Assembly (NCBI GenBank): GCA_033763315.1
Contig: JANRKS010000019.1
Location: forward strand, 32,001 to 96,000
DNA: 64,000 nucleotides
Direction of reading: 5' to 3'
From: Deltaproteobacteria bacterium
Lineage (GTDB): Bacteria; Myxococcota_A; Polyangia; Fen-1088
This document shows positions 50,913-60,362 of the stretch, one piece after another (position 1 is the first letter of the stretch; each line of letters opens with the position of its first letter). Below the pieces are notes generated by a model that saw nothing but the letters and a program-made list of their open reading frames with translations, did no database searches and was not told where the DNA came from. A program made the translations under genes and the position numbers.

Positions 50913-51188
50913 ATGATCTCACAGCAAGAGTTGGAGTCTGCCATTCGACGTTGGAAGGCCCGCCAAGCCGGCCAGGACTTCCAGGATGCAGAACCCACGG
51001 GTCAAGGTGCCACTGTGGTGGCGGTGGCCGCCTACGCCAGCGTTGAGCCCGAGTACGACGTGGACGAGGGCATGGCGTATGAAACCCAAAGCGTCGATGG
51101 CGGGGTGCCCGAGTACGTGCCGTCGATGAGCGACTCCTCGCTCATCGAACTCGATCCCGACGCCGGCGATCCAGACGACCGTCTGTAG
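50913..51188 (+). CDS. Small acidic hypothetical protein
   Basis: N-terminal helix ISQQELESAIRRWKARQ then a D/E-rich tail. TAGGAT lies 7 nt before ATG 50913. Confidence 0.6.
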   Translation: MISQQELESAIRRWKARQAGQDFQDAEPTGQGATVVAVAAYASVEPEYDVDEGMAYETQSVDGGVPEYVPSMSDSSLIELDPDAGDPDDRL

Positions 51189-51274
51189 GCAAGGGGCGCC
51201 AAGCCGGCTGGTTCGAAACATAGCGCGAGAAGGCCTTAAAGAATGGGGCTTTCAAAGCCGATGACCCCTTGAGG

Positions 51275-53263
51275 ATGAGCGGCAACAGCGGTGTTACAGA
51301 CGCGGCAAACGCAACGGCCACGCCTGAACAGGTTGTTGTGGGGTCGCGGGTGGGGCACTACCGCATCTTGGCCCCGTTGGGGGAGGGCGGCATGGGCGCC
51401 GTGTTCTTGGCTGAACATGACGTGATCGGCCGCAAAGCCGCCATCAAGGTGTTGCAGCCCCTGGTGGCCCGGGACGACGAGGCGGTGTCGCGCTTTTTCA
51501 TGGAGGCGCGCGCGGTTAACCAGATCCGCCATCCCAACATCGTTGAAGTTACCGACTTCGGCACCGAGAACGGCCAGCCGTTCATCGTCATGGAGTATTT
51601 GGAGGGCGAAACGCTGTCGTCGCGTCTTAACCGCGAGGGGCGTTTCGAGCCGCTCGGCGCTGTGCACGTGATTCGGCAAGTGGCGTCTGCCCTGGGCGCC
51701 GCGCACGATCGCGGGCTGGTTCACCGCGACCTCAAGCCGGGCAACATCATGTTGCTCAACCATCCGGACTACCCCGACTTCGTGAAGGTGCTGGATTTCG
51801 GCATCGCGAAGTTAACGGTGGGGCAAGATCCAAACGTGGGGCACCACACGCGCGTCGGTGTGCCGATCGGTACGCCCGCCTATATGTCGCCCGAGCAATG
51901 TTTGGGCGAGCCCGACGTGGATCAGCGCAGCGACATCTATTCGATGGGCGTGGTGTTTTATGGCTTGCTCACGGGCAAGCTTCCGTTTCGCGATGGGCCC
52001 CTGGGCCAGGTGATTTTGGCGCACGTGCAAGAGCGCCCCAAACCGCCCGTGGATGTGAACCCGCGCGTGGGCCACGTGCTCAGCGACTTGGTGATGAAGA
52101 CGCTGGAGAAGCGGCGCCAAGATCGTTTCGCCAGCATGAAAGATTTCCGCGACGCCTTGGATGGCATCGTGGGGGTGGGGCGCACGAACACGTCGCCGGG
52201 CGGCGTGCCTATCATCGCGGCGTTCTCAGAAGGCGGCGCGCGTGGAGGTGGTGTGGGGGACGCGGCTCAACGCACAAGTGCGGGGCTGGGGCCACGTGAG
52301 CTGCAGGAGCCTGCGTTTCCCGATGAAGCCACGCGACCCATCGCGGATCCGCGGCCATCGCTGGTGCAAGCCACGGCGCCCACGAAGGAAGATACGCTGT
52401 TCGAGCGGCTGCGCGGCATCGTTCACGAGCGCCTTGAATCGGATAAATTTTCTTTGCCGCGCCTGTCCGCTGTGACCGAGCAATGTTTAGAGGCGTTGCG
52501 TTTGCCGGGCTTCGCGTTCGGCAACGCGGCCACGTTGGTGTCACCGGATACGATGTTGGCGCGCAAGATCGTGCGGCTTGCCAACAGCGTGGCGTTTTCG
52601 TCTGTGGCACCGGCCATCACGTTGGAGCAATCGATCGGCCGTCTGGGCGCCGATGGTTTGCAAAAGGCGTTGGTCGAGTTCTCGTCGAAGCCGATCTACA
52701 TGTCGAAGTACGAGCGCGTGCGCGAAGCCTTCCGAAGGCCTTGGTACCACGCGCTGGCCACGGCGATGATCGCCGAGCGGCTGTGCGAGGTGCTTGAACT
52801 CAAAGAGCAAGCGTTGCAGCTTTATCTGGCGGCGATCCTTCACGACATCGGCAAGCCGGTGGTCGGTGGGTTCCTGCTTTCGGTGGAAGAACAAACCGCA
52901 GGCTTGCGGGGCCGTCGGTGGATGACGGATGAACTGTGGCTGCGCGTGATCACTGCCACCTGGCGCAGCGTTTCGGTGGCGGTGGCGCGCGCGTGGCACT
53001 TGCCCGATTCGGTGATCGGTATACTTACAAACGTGGGCAACAAACCTATGCGCGATGAGCGCGCCACATCGGTGGTGTTGCGTTTGGCGTTGGCGTTCTC
53101 GGCGCGCGATGGCTTTTATCTGCGCCAGGCGGATCTTTACAACAACGCGCAAGAGATCGAAGCGGCCAAGTCGCTGTTGAGCCTCGACAACGCCAAAGAA
53201 CAACGCGCTCTGCACCAGGTGCGAGAGCGCGTGACGTTGCTTGCAAAAATCCGCGGCGGCTAA
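51275..53263 (+). CDS. Hanks Ser/Thr kinase fused to a C-terminal HDOD domain
   Basis: GEGGMG, AAIK, HRDLKPGN, DFG, GTPAYMSPEQ. HDOD signatures LPRLS, LARKIVRLANSVAF, ITLEQSIGRLG, WYHALATA, ILHDIGK, AWHLP. Confidence 0.9.
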   Translation: MSGNSGVTDAANATATPEQVVVGSRVGHYRILAPLGEGGMGAVFLAEHDVIGRKAAIKVLQPLVARDDEAVSRFFMEARAVNQIRHPNIVEVTDFGTENGQPFIVMEYLEGETLSSRLNREGRFEPLGAVHVIRQVASALGAAHDRGLVHRDLKPGNIMLLNHPDYPDFVKVLDFGIAKLTVGQDPNVGHHTRVGVPIGTPAYMSPEQCLGEPDVDQRSDIYSMGVVFYGLLTGKLPFRDGPLGQVILAHVQERPKPPVDVNPRVGHVLSDLVMKTLEKRRQDRFASMKDFRDALDGIVGVGRTNTSPGGVPIIAAFSEGGARGGGVGDAAQRTSAGLGPRELQEPAFPDEATRPIADPRPSLVQATAPTKEDTLFERLRGIVHERLESDKFSLPRLSAVTEQCLEALRLPGFAFGNAATLVSPDTMLARKIVRLANSVAFSSVAPAITLEQSIGRLGADGLQKALVEFSSKPIYMSKYERVREAFRRPWYHALATAMIAERLCEVLELKEQALQLYLAAILHDIGKPVVGGFLLSVEEQTAGLRGRRWMTDELWLRVITATWRSVSVAVARAWHLPDSVIGILTNVGNKPMRDERATSVVLRLALAFSARDGFYLRQADLYNNAQEIEAAKSLLSLDNAKEQRALHQVRERVTLLAKIRGG

Positions 53264-53273
53264 GCCGCGACCA

Positions 53274-55268
53274 TCACAGCTGCGCTTTTACGCGCGCCAC
53301 GATGGCTTCAGCCGTAAGACCAAGCTCTTTGTAGATCACGCCGGCCGGCGCTGAAGCCCCAAAGCGGTCGAGGCCCACCACGTTTTCACGCCGACCCACC
53401 CAGCGTTCCCAGCCAAACGGCGCCGCGGCCTCCACGGCCACGCGCACGCTGATGTTGGGTGGCAGAACCTGATCGCGGTAGGCAGACTCTTGCGCCTCGA
53501 AGGCTTCCCAACACGGCAGCGAAACCACGCGTGCGGCGATGCCTTGCCCGGCCAAGATCTCTTGTGCCTCGATGGCCAACGCCAGCTCAGTGCCTGTGCC
53601 GATCAAGATGGCTTGCGGCTTGCCGCCGGCCGCCTCAGACACCACGTAGCCGCCGCGCAGAACGCCTTCGGCGGGCGCAAACTTGCTGCGATCCAGGGTT
53701 GTGATCGCCTGCCGTGACAGCACCATCACCGTGGGGCCTGTCTTGCGCGACAGCGCGAGCTTCCACGCTTGCGACGCTTCATTGGCGTCGCCCGGCCGAA
53801 CGACATACACGTTGGGCACGCAACGCAACGAAGCCAAATGCTCCACAGGTTGGTGCGTGGGGCCGTCTTCGCCCAATCCCACAGAGTCGTGGGTGAACAC
53901 GAACACCACAGGCAAGTGGCTCAACGCCGCCAAGCGAATGGCGGGGCGTTCGTAGTCAGCGAAGCAGAAGAACGTGGCCGTGAACGTGCGCGTGCCGCCG
54001 TGGTAAGCGAAGCCATTGGCAATGGCGCCCATCGCGTGCTCGCGCACGCCATAGTGGATGTTGCGGCCCAAGCCCGTTTGGCCATCGAAGCTGCCAGCGT
54101 CTTTGAGCGTCGTGTTGGTGGATCCCGAAAGGTCCGCGTCGCCGCCCAACAAGTAGGGGATCTTGGTGGCCGCGCCTGCCAGCGCCTTGCCTGCCGATTG
54201 GCGCGTGGCCAATTTTTCGCCCGCAGGGTATGTGGGCAAGCCGCTTTCCCAGCCATCGGGAAGCAGACCGTTTTGTGCCAACTGCCATTCAGCCGCCAAT
54301 TCACGGTTCTCGGCCGCCCAAGCCGTGAACGTGGTTTGCCAAGCGGCTTCGGCCGCCGCCCCGGCTTCGATGCCTGCGTGAAAGTGCTTTTCGGCTTCCG
54401 CTGGCACGAAGAAGTCAGCGTTGGGATCAAAACCCAGCGCTTGTTTCGTGGCTTTGACGCCGTCAGGGCCAAGCGGCGAGCCGTGAACGCCCGATGTGCC
54501 CGCCTTGGGGGACGCAAAACCAATTGTGGTCCGAACGCAGATGATCGAGGGCCTCTGCGTGTCGGCTTTGGCGGCCGCGATCGCTTTGTCCAAGGCGTCG
54601 TAGTCTTTGTCGCCGTCGCTTACGGTCAGCACTTGCCAGCCATACGCCTCGTAGCGCTTGGCCACGTCTTCGGTGAACGTCATCGACGTGGGGCCGTCCA
54701 ACGAGATCTTGTTGTCGTCGTAAAGGTAAATGAGCTTGCCCAGCTTCAAGTGCCCGGCCAACGAAGCCGCTTCGGCGCTGATGCCTTCCATGAGATCGCC
54801 GTCCGAAACGATGGCGTAGGTGTAGTGATCGACGATCGTTTGCCCGGGGCGGTTGTAGCGGCCTGCCAAGAAACGTTCGGCCATTGCCATGCCCACGGCG
54901 TTCGCGGTGCCTTGGCCCAGGGGCCCCGTGGTGGCTTCCACGCCCTTGGTCATAAAGGATTCAGGGTGTCCAGGCGTGCGCGAATTCCACTGCCGGAAAG
55001 CCTTGAGGTCGTCCATCGAAAGGTCGTAACCGTAAAGGTGCAGCAACGAGTACACCAACGCTGAGCCGTGGCCCGCAGACAAGACGAAGCGATCACGATC
55101 GGCCCACTTCGGATTGCGCGGGTTGTGCTTGAGGTGCTTTTGCCACAGCACGTAGGCCATCGGCGCGGCGCCCAAGGGCAGGCCAGGGTGTCCAGAGTTG
55201 GCCTTTTGGACCACGTCGATGGACAGGGTTCGGATGGTGTTCACAGCGAGCGTTGCAATCGATTCCAT
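53274..55268 (-). CDS. tkt: Transketolase
   Basis: [49 protein letters not shown]. Start placed at ATG 55268. Confidence 0.97.
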   Translation of the reverse strand: MESIATLAVNTIRTLSIDVVQKANSGHPGLPLGAAPMAYVLWQKHLKHNPRNPKWADRDRFVLSAGHGSALVYSLLHLYGYDLSMDDLKAFRQWNSRTPGHPESFMTKGVEATTGPLGQGTANAVGMAMAERFLAGRYNRPGQTIVDHYTYAIVSDGDLMEGISAEAASLAGHLKLGKLIYLYDDNKISLDGPTSMTFTEDVAKRYEAYGWQVLTVSDGDKDYDALDKAIAAAKADTQRPSIICVRTTIGFASPKAGTSGVHGSPLGPDGVKATKQALGFDPNADFFVPAEAEKHFHAGIEAGAAAEAAWQTTFTAWAAENRELAAEWQLAQNGLLPDGWESGLPTYPAGEKLATRQSAGKALAGAATKIPYLLGGDADLSGSTNTTLKDAGSFDGQTGLGRNIHYGVREHAMGAIANGFAYHGGTRTFTATFFCFADYERPAIRLAALSHLPVVFVFTHDSVGLGEDGPTHQPVEHLASLRCVPNVYVVRPGDANEASQAWKLALSRKTGPTVMVLSRQAITTLDRSKFAPAEGVLRGGYVVSEAAGGKPQAILIGTGTELALAIEAQEILAGQGIAARVVSLPCWEAFEAQESAYRDQVLPPNISVRVAVEAAAPFGWERWVGRRENVVGLDRFGASAPAGVIYKELGLTAEAIVARVKAQL

Positions 55269-55403
55269 GAACCCCTTCGCTAACACGCAACGACCGCAAT
55301 TTCTAGCCATTTCCCCGGGCTGCGCCGCTTTGGCACGGCAAAGAAACCTTCGGATGCGCCCTTCGGCACGGTGGGCCAAGTCCGCGCCGCTTTAGGACGT
55401 AGC

Positions 55404-55556
55404 TTAGCGTGTGGGGCTTGTGAGCTGACGCGACCGCGCGGCGTCCTGTTTACCTGCCCGGTTGGCCATCACGACGGCCACGATGAAACCCACCGTAAAC
55501 AGCAGCATCAGGAGGGAAAGCCTCACCAAGCTCGGATCGTATTTCTTTTTCGGCAT
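55404..55556 (-). CDS. Small (50 aa) single-pass membrane protein
   Basis: MPKKKYDPSLVRLSLLMLLFTVGFIVAVVMANR...; basic N-terminus plus one TM helix. Starts 7 nt after the apbE stop on the same strand. Confidence 0.5.
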   Translation of the reverse strand: MPKKKYDPSLVRLSLLMLLFTVGFIVAVVMANRAGKQDAARSRQLTSPTR

Positions 55557-55563
55557 GGTGGTC

Positions 55564-56655
55564 CTAGGGAGCATCCGTGGGATCTTGCACTTTTTGAAGC
55601 TTTGCCTGCAGGCCAGGTGAGATGTGCACCACGTTTTTCGCATCCACGATCACGCCTTGCACGTCGGGCGTGGCGGCCAGAATGCTCATCGCTTTGGGCA
55701 CGCCCACGATCAACAGCGCGGTGTCCATCAGGTCAGCCACGAACGCGCTTGGCGCCAGCAACGTCACCGAACGAATCCCTTGTGCGGGGAAGCCCGTGCG
55801 TGCGTCCAAAATGTGGTGGTAGCGCTTGCCGTTCTTCATGATGAAGCGTTCGTAATCGCCTGACGTGTTGAACGCTTGGTTGTGCAGTTCAACCTTGTAG
55901 ATGATTTGCCCGTGGGGGCCGCGCGGATCTTGAATGCCCACGCGCCACGCACGATCACCACGTTGGCCGCCGGCAAACAGATCGCCACCCGCTTGCACGA
56001 TGAAGTCGGAAAACCCGGCTTTTCGCAAGACCGCCACAGCGCCGTCCACCGCAAAGCCCTTGGCCACGCCGCCCAAAGTGATGCGTTGCCCGGGCCGTCG
56101 CAACATCACAGTGCGTGCCTGGGCATCAAGCACAATGTCGCGGTAATTCACCAGCGCTTTGCGCGCGCGCACCTGGGCCGGGGTGGGCAAACTGCCGTCG
56201 TTGTCTTCGTCAAACTTCCATAACCCTTTAAACGCGCCCACGGTGAGATCGAACGCGCCTTCAGTGAGTTCAGAAATGCGCTGGCTTTCTTTGATCACCG
56301 CGAATGTCTCGGGCGATACGGCCACGGGATTGGCGCCGGCGGCCGCATTGATGCGAGACACTTCCGAATCTTCGCGCCACGTGGTCATCAACCCTTCAAG
56401 GCGCGCCATCTCTTCGAGCGCCTGATCGATCGCTGCCTTCGCCTTGGCTTCGTCGGACGCGTAGACCTTGATGGTGCACAGCGTGCCCATGCACGTTCGT
56501 TGCCCTTCGATCACCGCAGGGGGAGTGGCAGCGGTGGCCGCATCAGGTGCGGGCGGCGGTGGGGCCGGGGCGGGCGCGGGCGCTTTGCAATTCAACAAAA
56601 CGGCCACAGCCAGCCACACAGGCGGTAGGCGGTGGCGCCACAAAGGGAACAACAT
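55564..56655 (-). CDS. apbE: FAD:protein FMN transferase ApbE (lipoprotein)
   Basis: Lipobox-like LLNC, MGT, SEVSRIN, GAFDLTVG, LGGVAKGFAVD, GGD, TSGDYER, YHHILD. Confidence 0.93.
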   Translation of the reverse strand: MLFPLWRHRLPPVWLAVAVLLNCKAPAPAPAPPPPAPDAATAATPPAVIEGQRTCMGTLCTIKVYASDEAKAKAAIDQALEEMARLEGLMTTWREDSEVSRINAAAGANPVAVSPETFAVIKESQRISELTEGAFDLTVGAFKGLWKFDEDNDGSLPTPAQVRARKALVNYRDIVLDAQARTVMLRRPGQRITLGGVAKGFAVDGAVAVLRKAGFSDFIVQAGGDLFAGGQRGDRAWRVGIQDPRGPHGQIIYKVELHNQAFNTSGDYERFIMKNGKRYHHILDARTGFPAQGIRSVTLLAPSAFVADLMDTALLIVGVPKAMSILAATPDVQGVIVDAKNVVHISPGLQAKLQKVQDPTDAP

Positions 56656-56735
56656 GCGGGCCGCACCCTAACCGCACTTGGCGGCAAAGTCACGGGTGGC
56701 TGGCTAGGCCCGGCCGCGTGGCTATACTCGCCGCC

Positions 56736-57860
56736 ATGTCTTTTAAACCACCTGCCGATGTTGCGATCGTGGGCGGGGGCATCATGGGCTGTGTGGTGGC
56801 TCTTCGCTTGGCGCAGCAGGGCTTCGCGGTCACGGTGGTTGAACGCGGCATTCCGGGCGCCGAGGCGTCAAGCGCAGCCGCAGGCATCCTGGGCCCGCAG
56901 TGGGAAATGGAGCAGCCCGGGCCGCTCTTGGATCTTGGCCTCAAAAGCCGCGCGCTTTACCCGGCCTTCGCCGCTGAACTGCGCGAGCTTACCGGCATGG
57001 ACATAGGCTACAAACGTTGTGGCCTCATCGAAGTGGCGTTGGACGAAGCCGGCGCGGTGGCGTTGCGCGAGCGTCAGCGCTGGCAGTCCGCCTTGGGGCT
57101 GCGCGCGGAATTCCTAACAGGGGCGCAAGCCCGCGAGCTTGAACCTGAGCTTGGGCCAGGCGTATGCGCGGGGCTTTATTTGCCGGACGAAGGTGCCGTG
57201 AACCCGCGAACGTTGGCGCGTGCCTTGTCGCAGGCCGCGGCGAGCGTGGGTGTCACGTTTGTGCAGGGGCACTACGTGCGTCGTGTTGACGTGCGCGGCG
57301 AACGCGCGCATGGCGTGGAGCTTGATGGCCACAGCCTGCCGGCAGATGTGGTGGTTGTGGCCGCGGGCAGTTGGTCGTCGCTGGTTGAAGGCGGGCAGGT
57401 GCCTTCGCCGGTTGTGCGACCCGCGCGCGGCCAAGCGTTAAGCGTGCAGATGCGGCCGCCGCTGTTCAAGCATGTGATCGCGCCTTACCAAAAAGGTTAT
57501 TTGGTGCCGCGCGATGATGGCATGGCGGTCATCGGCAGCACGCTTGAAATGGTGGGTTATCGCAAAGAGGTGACGGTGGAAGGTTTGCATTCAATCTTGC
57601 AAACCGCTTCGGCCGTTGTGCCTGCGTTGGGGCCGTTGCCGATCACGGAAACGTGGTCGAACTTTCGCCCCTACACCAGCGATCTGCTGCCCGTGTTGGG
57701 GCACACCACGGTCACGGGCTTGTTCTTGGCCACGGGCCATCACCGGTACGGCATCTTGTTGGCGCCGATCACGGGCGAACTGCTGGCGCAGCAGATCATG
57801 GGCCAGGCGCCGGTTGTTGATCCGGCGCCGTTCTCCATCGCGCGCTTCGCGGCGCTTTAG
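56736..57860 (+). CDS. thiO: Glycine oxidase ThiO / DAO-family FAD oxidoreductase
   Basis: VGGGIMG, ASSAAAGIL, AAGSWS, RPARGQ, YLVPR, FRP, TGHHRYGILLAP. Start placed at ATG 56736. Confidence 0.8.
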   Translation: MSFKPPADVAIVGGGIMGCVVALRLAQQGFAVTVVERGIPGAEASSAAAGILGPQWEMEQPGPLLDLGLKSRALYPAFAAELRELTGMDIGYKRCGLIEVALDEAGAVALRERQRWQSALGLRAEFLTGAQARELEPELGPGVCAGLYLPDEGAVNPRTLARALSQAAASVGVTFVQGHYVRRVDVRGERAHGVELDGHSLPADVVVVAAGSWSSLVEGGQVPSPVVRPARGQALSVQMRPPLFKHVIAPYQKGYLVPRDDGMAVIGSTLEMVGYRKEVTVEGLHSILQTASAVVPALGPLPITETWSNFRPYTSDLLPVLGHTTVTGLFLATGHHRYGILLAPITGELLAQQIMGQAPVVDPAPFSIARFAAL

Positions 57861-59347
57861 AAATTCCCGCGCAAAAGCGGGTAGAGCGACGTATACCGCT
57901 TGTAGGGTGCGGCGAAGGCTTTATGCGCCTGCTTATTGGGCTTTTCCGCAGGCAAACGCTTGAGCGTGGCTTTGCAGGCCGTGGGAATGTCGCGCCACAA
58001 ACCGGCGCAAACGCCCGCGAGCAACGCGGCTCCAAAGGCGGGGCCTTCTTCGCGGTTCACGCCCACGACGGGCAAGCCATAAACATCCGCTTGCAACTGC
58101 CGCAAGAACGGGCTCTTTGCGCCACCACCGGTCACCAGCATGCGGGCCAAAGGCAAATCCATTTTTTGCAAGATGCTGACGGAATCGCGCAGGCCAAACG
58201 TGATGCCTTCGAGCACCGCGCGGCTCATGTGCGCGCGTGAATGTGCGAGTGACAAGCCAATGAAGGCCCCGCGGGCGCTGGCGTCGCGGTGGGGCGTGCG
58301 TTCCCCTTGCAAATAAGGCAAGAACGTGAGGCCTAAGGCTCCGATTGGAACACCGGCGGCCTCATCGTTGAGCGCCATGTTGGCATCACCTTGGCCCGCC
58401 AGATCTTTGGCACACTGATCGCGGAACCAGCCGAAGGCGCCACCGGCGGTGAGCATCACACCCATCACGTACCAGGTGTTGGGAACGGCATGACAGAACG
58501 TGTGCGCGCGCAAACCTGGGTCGACGATCGGCGTTTTCGTGGGGGCCACAACGGTGCCCGAGGTGCCCCAACTGGCCACGGCCTCACCTGGCGTCACAGC
58601 GCCCACGCCAATGGCGCCGCACGCGTTGTCGGCGCCGCCGCCCGCCACAGGTATACCCGCGGGCAGGCCCGTAGCCGCCGCGCCTTCGGCGCTCACCACG
58701 CCGCTCGCCTCAGCGGACCCCACAAGATCGACCGTGAGGCTGCTCTTGAGGCCCACGGCCTTTAGAATGTCATGGCTCCAACGCTGCTTGGCCGTATCGA
58801 ACATCAACGTGGCCGAAGCGTCGGAGGGATCGGTGGCCAAGGTGCCAGTAAGTCTGAAGCGAATATAGTCTTTGGGCAGCATCACCTTGGCCAAGCGCCG
58901 AAACGCGTCCGGCTCGTGCTTTTTGAGCCACAACACTTTGGGCAGCGTGAAACCTTCGAGCGCCGGGTTGCAGGCCCACTTGCGCAAACCCTTCGGCCCC
59001 ACGGCTTTGGTGATCTGCTCGCACTGTTTGGTGGTGCGGCCATCACACCAAAGCAACGCCGGACGAATCACGGCGCCTGCGGCATCCAAAAACACGGACG
59101 AATGCATTTGGCCCGAAAGTCCCACAGCGGCCAGGGACTCGGGCGCCACGTGCGCCGCCGCGAGCGCTGCTTTGACCGCGCCACACGCCGCCTGCCACCA
59201 AGCTTCAGGGTCTTGTTCTGCCCAGCCAGGTTGGGGCGTTTGCAGCAACAGTGGCGTTGTGGCATCTGTCACCACTTCGCCCGTTTCGTTGATGACAATG
59301 GCCTTAACGCCGCTCGTGCCTACGTCGATCGCAATAACGTGTTGCAT
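57857..59347 (-). CDS. xylB: Xylulokinase (FGGY family)
   Basis: IDVGTSGVK, GLSGQMHS, LLWCDGRT, GFTLPKVLW, GGADNAC, GTSG, PYLQGERTP, TGGGAKS. Confidence 0.92.
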   Translation of the reverse strand: MQHVIAIDVGTSGVKAIVINETGEVVTDATTPLLLQTPQPGWAEQDPEAWWQAACGAVKAALAAAHVAPESLAAVGLSGQMHSSVFLDAAGAVIRPALLWCDGRTTKQCEQITKAVGPKGLRKWACNPALEGFTLPKVLWLKKHEPDAFRRLAKVMLPKDYIRFRLTGTLATDPSDASATLMFDTAKQRWSHDILKAVGLKSSLTVDLVGSAEASGVVSAEGAAATGLPAGIPVAGGGADNACGAIGVGAVTPGEAVASWGTSGTVVAPTKTPIVDPGLRAHTFCHAVPNTWYVMGVMLTAGGAFGWFRDQCAKDLAGQGDANMALNDEAAGVPIGALGLTFLPYLQGERTPHRDASARGAFIGLSLAHSRAHMSRAVLEGITFGLRDSVSILQKMDLPLARMLVTGGGAKSPFLRQLQADVYGLPVVGVNREEGPAFGAALLAGVCAGLWRDIPTACKATLKRLPAEKPNKQAHKAFAAPYKRYTSLYPLLRGNF

Positions 59348-59560
59348 GCTGGGTGATGGGTGTATCCCAGGTTGCGGCCCAATAAAAGGTTTGCGTTAAC
59401 GTTGATATGTCTAAGGACGGGGCCAGATTCGCTGTCTAGACTGTGCGCCGTCGGCGGCGAGGCGCTCCGATGCGCGAAATCGGTTTATTTTTGATGGTTT
59501 TGAGACATTCTGAGCACTACCTTGAAAACCAGAGGTCGAGTGCAGGAGGACAATCCGAAG

Positions 59561-60352
59561 ATGCTTATTGAAGATCGGCGCAAGCGGTTACTCGATGCGG
59601 TGAACTCGCGAGGTTCATTGACCGTATCGGAGGCCGAACGCACTTTGGCCGTGAGCCGGATGACGGTTCACCGCGATCTCGACGTCCTGGCCGCCCAAGG
59701 CTTGGTGCGCAAGGTGCACGGCGGGGTGGTGGCTTTGTCCTCCCGCGGGGCGGATCTGTTCGACCCCCGCGCCCAGCCGTTCGAAGACCGCGTGTCGGTC
59801 AGCCGAGACGCGAAGAAGACGATCGCTCGGCATGTGTTTAAGCTCATTGGGAAGTCGAACACGCTCGTGCTCGACTCAAGCACCACGGTTTTCTATCTGC
59901 ACGACCTGCTGGGCGATGAGGCCGAAAAGCGCGACACCTACATCGTGACGGGCAGCCTGCCCCTGTTCACAGAACTTGTGCGCAAGCAAAACGGAATACG
60001 TGTGGCCTTGCACGGTGGCGAGCCACACGTGCGCACGGGCTCGTTGGTGGGGCCTCTGGCGGTCAACAGCCTGGCTGACACGCGCTTCGACTTCGTGGTG
60101 CTTTCGTGTTTGGGCGTGTTGCCCGAAGAAGGTGCGATCTTCGTGTCGAGCTCCGACGAGGTTCAGTTGAAGCAGGCGTACCTGCGTCACGCCCGCCGCG
60201 CGATTTTGGCGGTGGATACCTCCAAGTTCGGGCAGTCGGGCGCGCACAAGCTCGGGGACCTATCGAAGTTCGAGTATGTGGTCACAGAGAAGGGCGCTTT
60301 CACTCAAGACGAGTTTGCGGCGCACGTGAAGAAGACCTCGCGCAAGCAGTAA
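59561..60352 (+). CDS. DeoR/GlpR-family transcriptional regulator
   Basis: HTH VSRMTVHRDL, KVHGG, LDSSTT, DTSKFG. GGAGGA SD; divergent from xylB. Confidence 0.92.
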   Translation: MLIEDRRKRLLDAVNSRGSLTVSEAERTLAVSRMTVHRDLDVLAAQGLVRKVHGGVVALSSRGADLFDPRAQPFEDRVSVSRDAKKTIARHVFKLIGKSNTLVLDSSTTVFYLHDLLGDEAEKRDTYIVTGSLPLFTELVRKQNGIRVALHGGEPHVRTGSLVGPLAVNSLADTRFDFVVLSCLGVLPEEGAIFVSSSDEVQLKQAYLRHARRAILAVDTSKFGQSGAHKLGDLSKFEYVVTEKGAFTQDEFAAHVKKTSRKQ

Positions 60353-60362
60353 AAACGGTCGA

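Noticed and set aside
56656-56735. TPP riboswitch upstream of thiO
   Set aside because: Only 80 nt, no CTGAGA motif, and the region is explained by two back-to-back promoter-like boxes.
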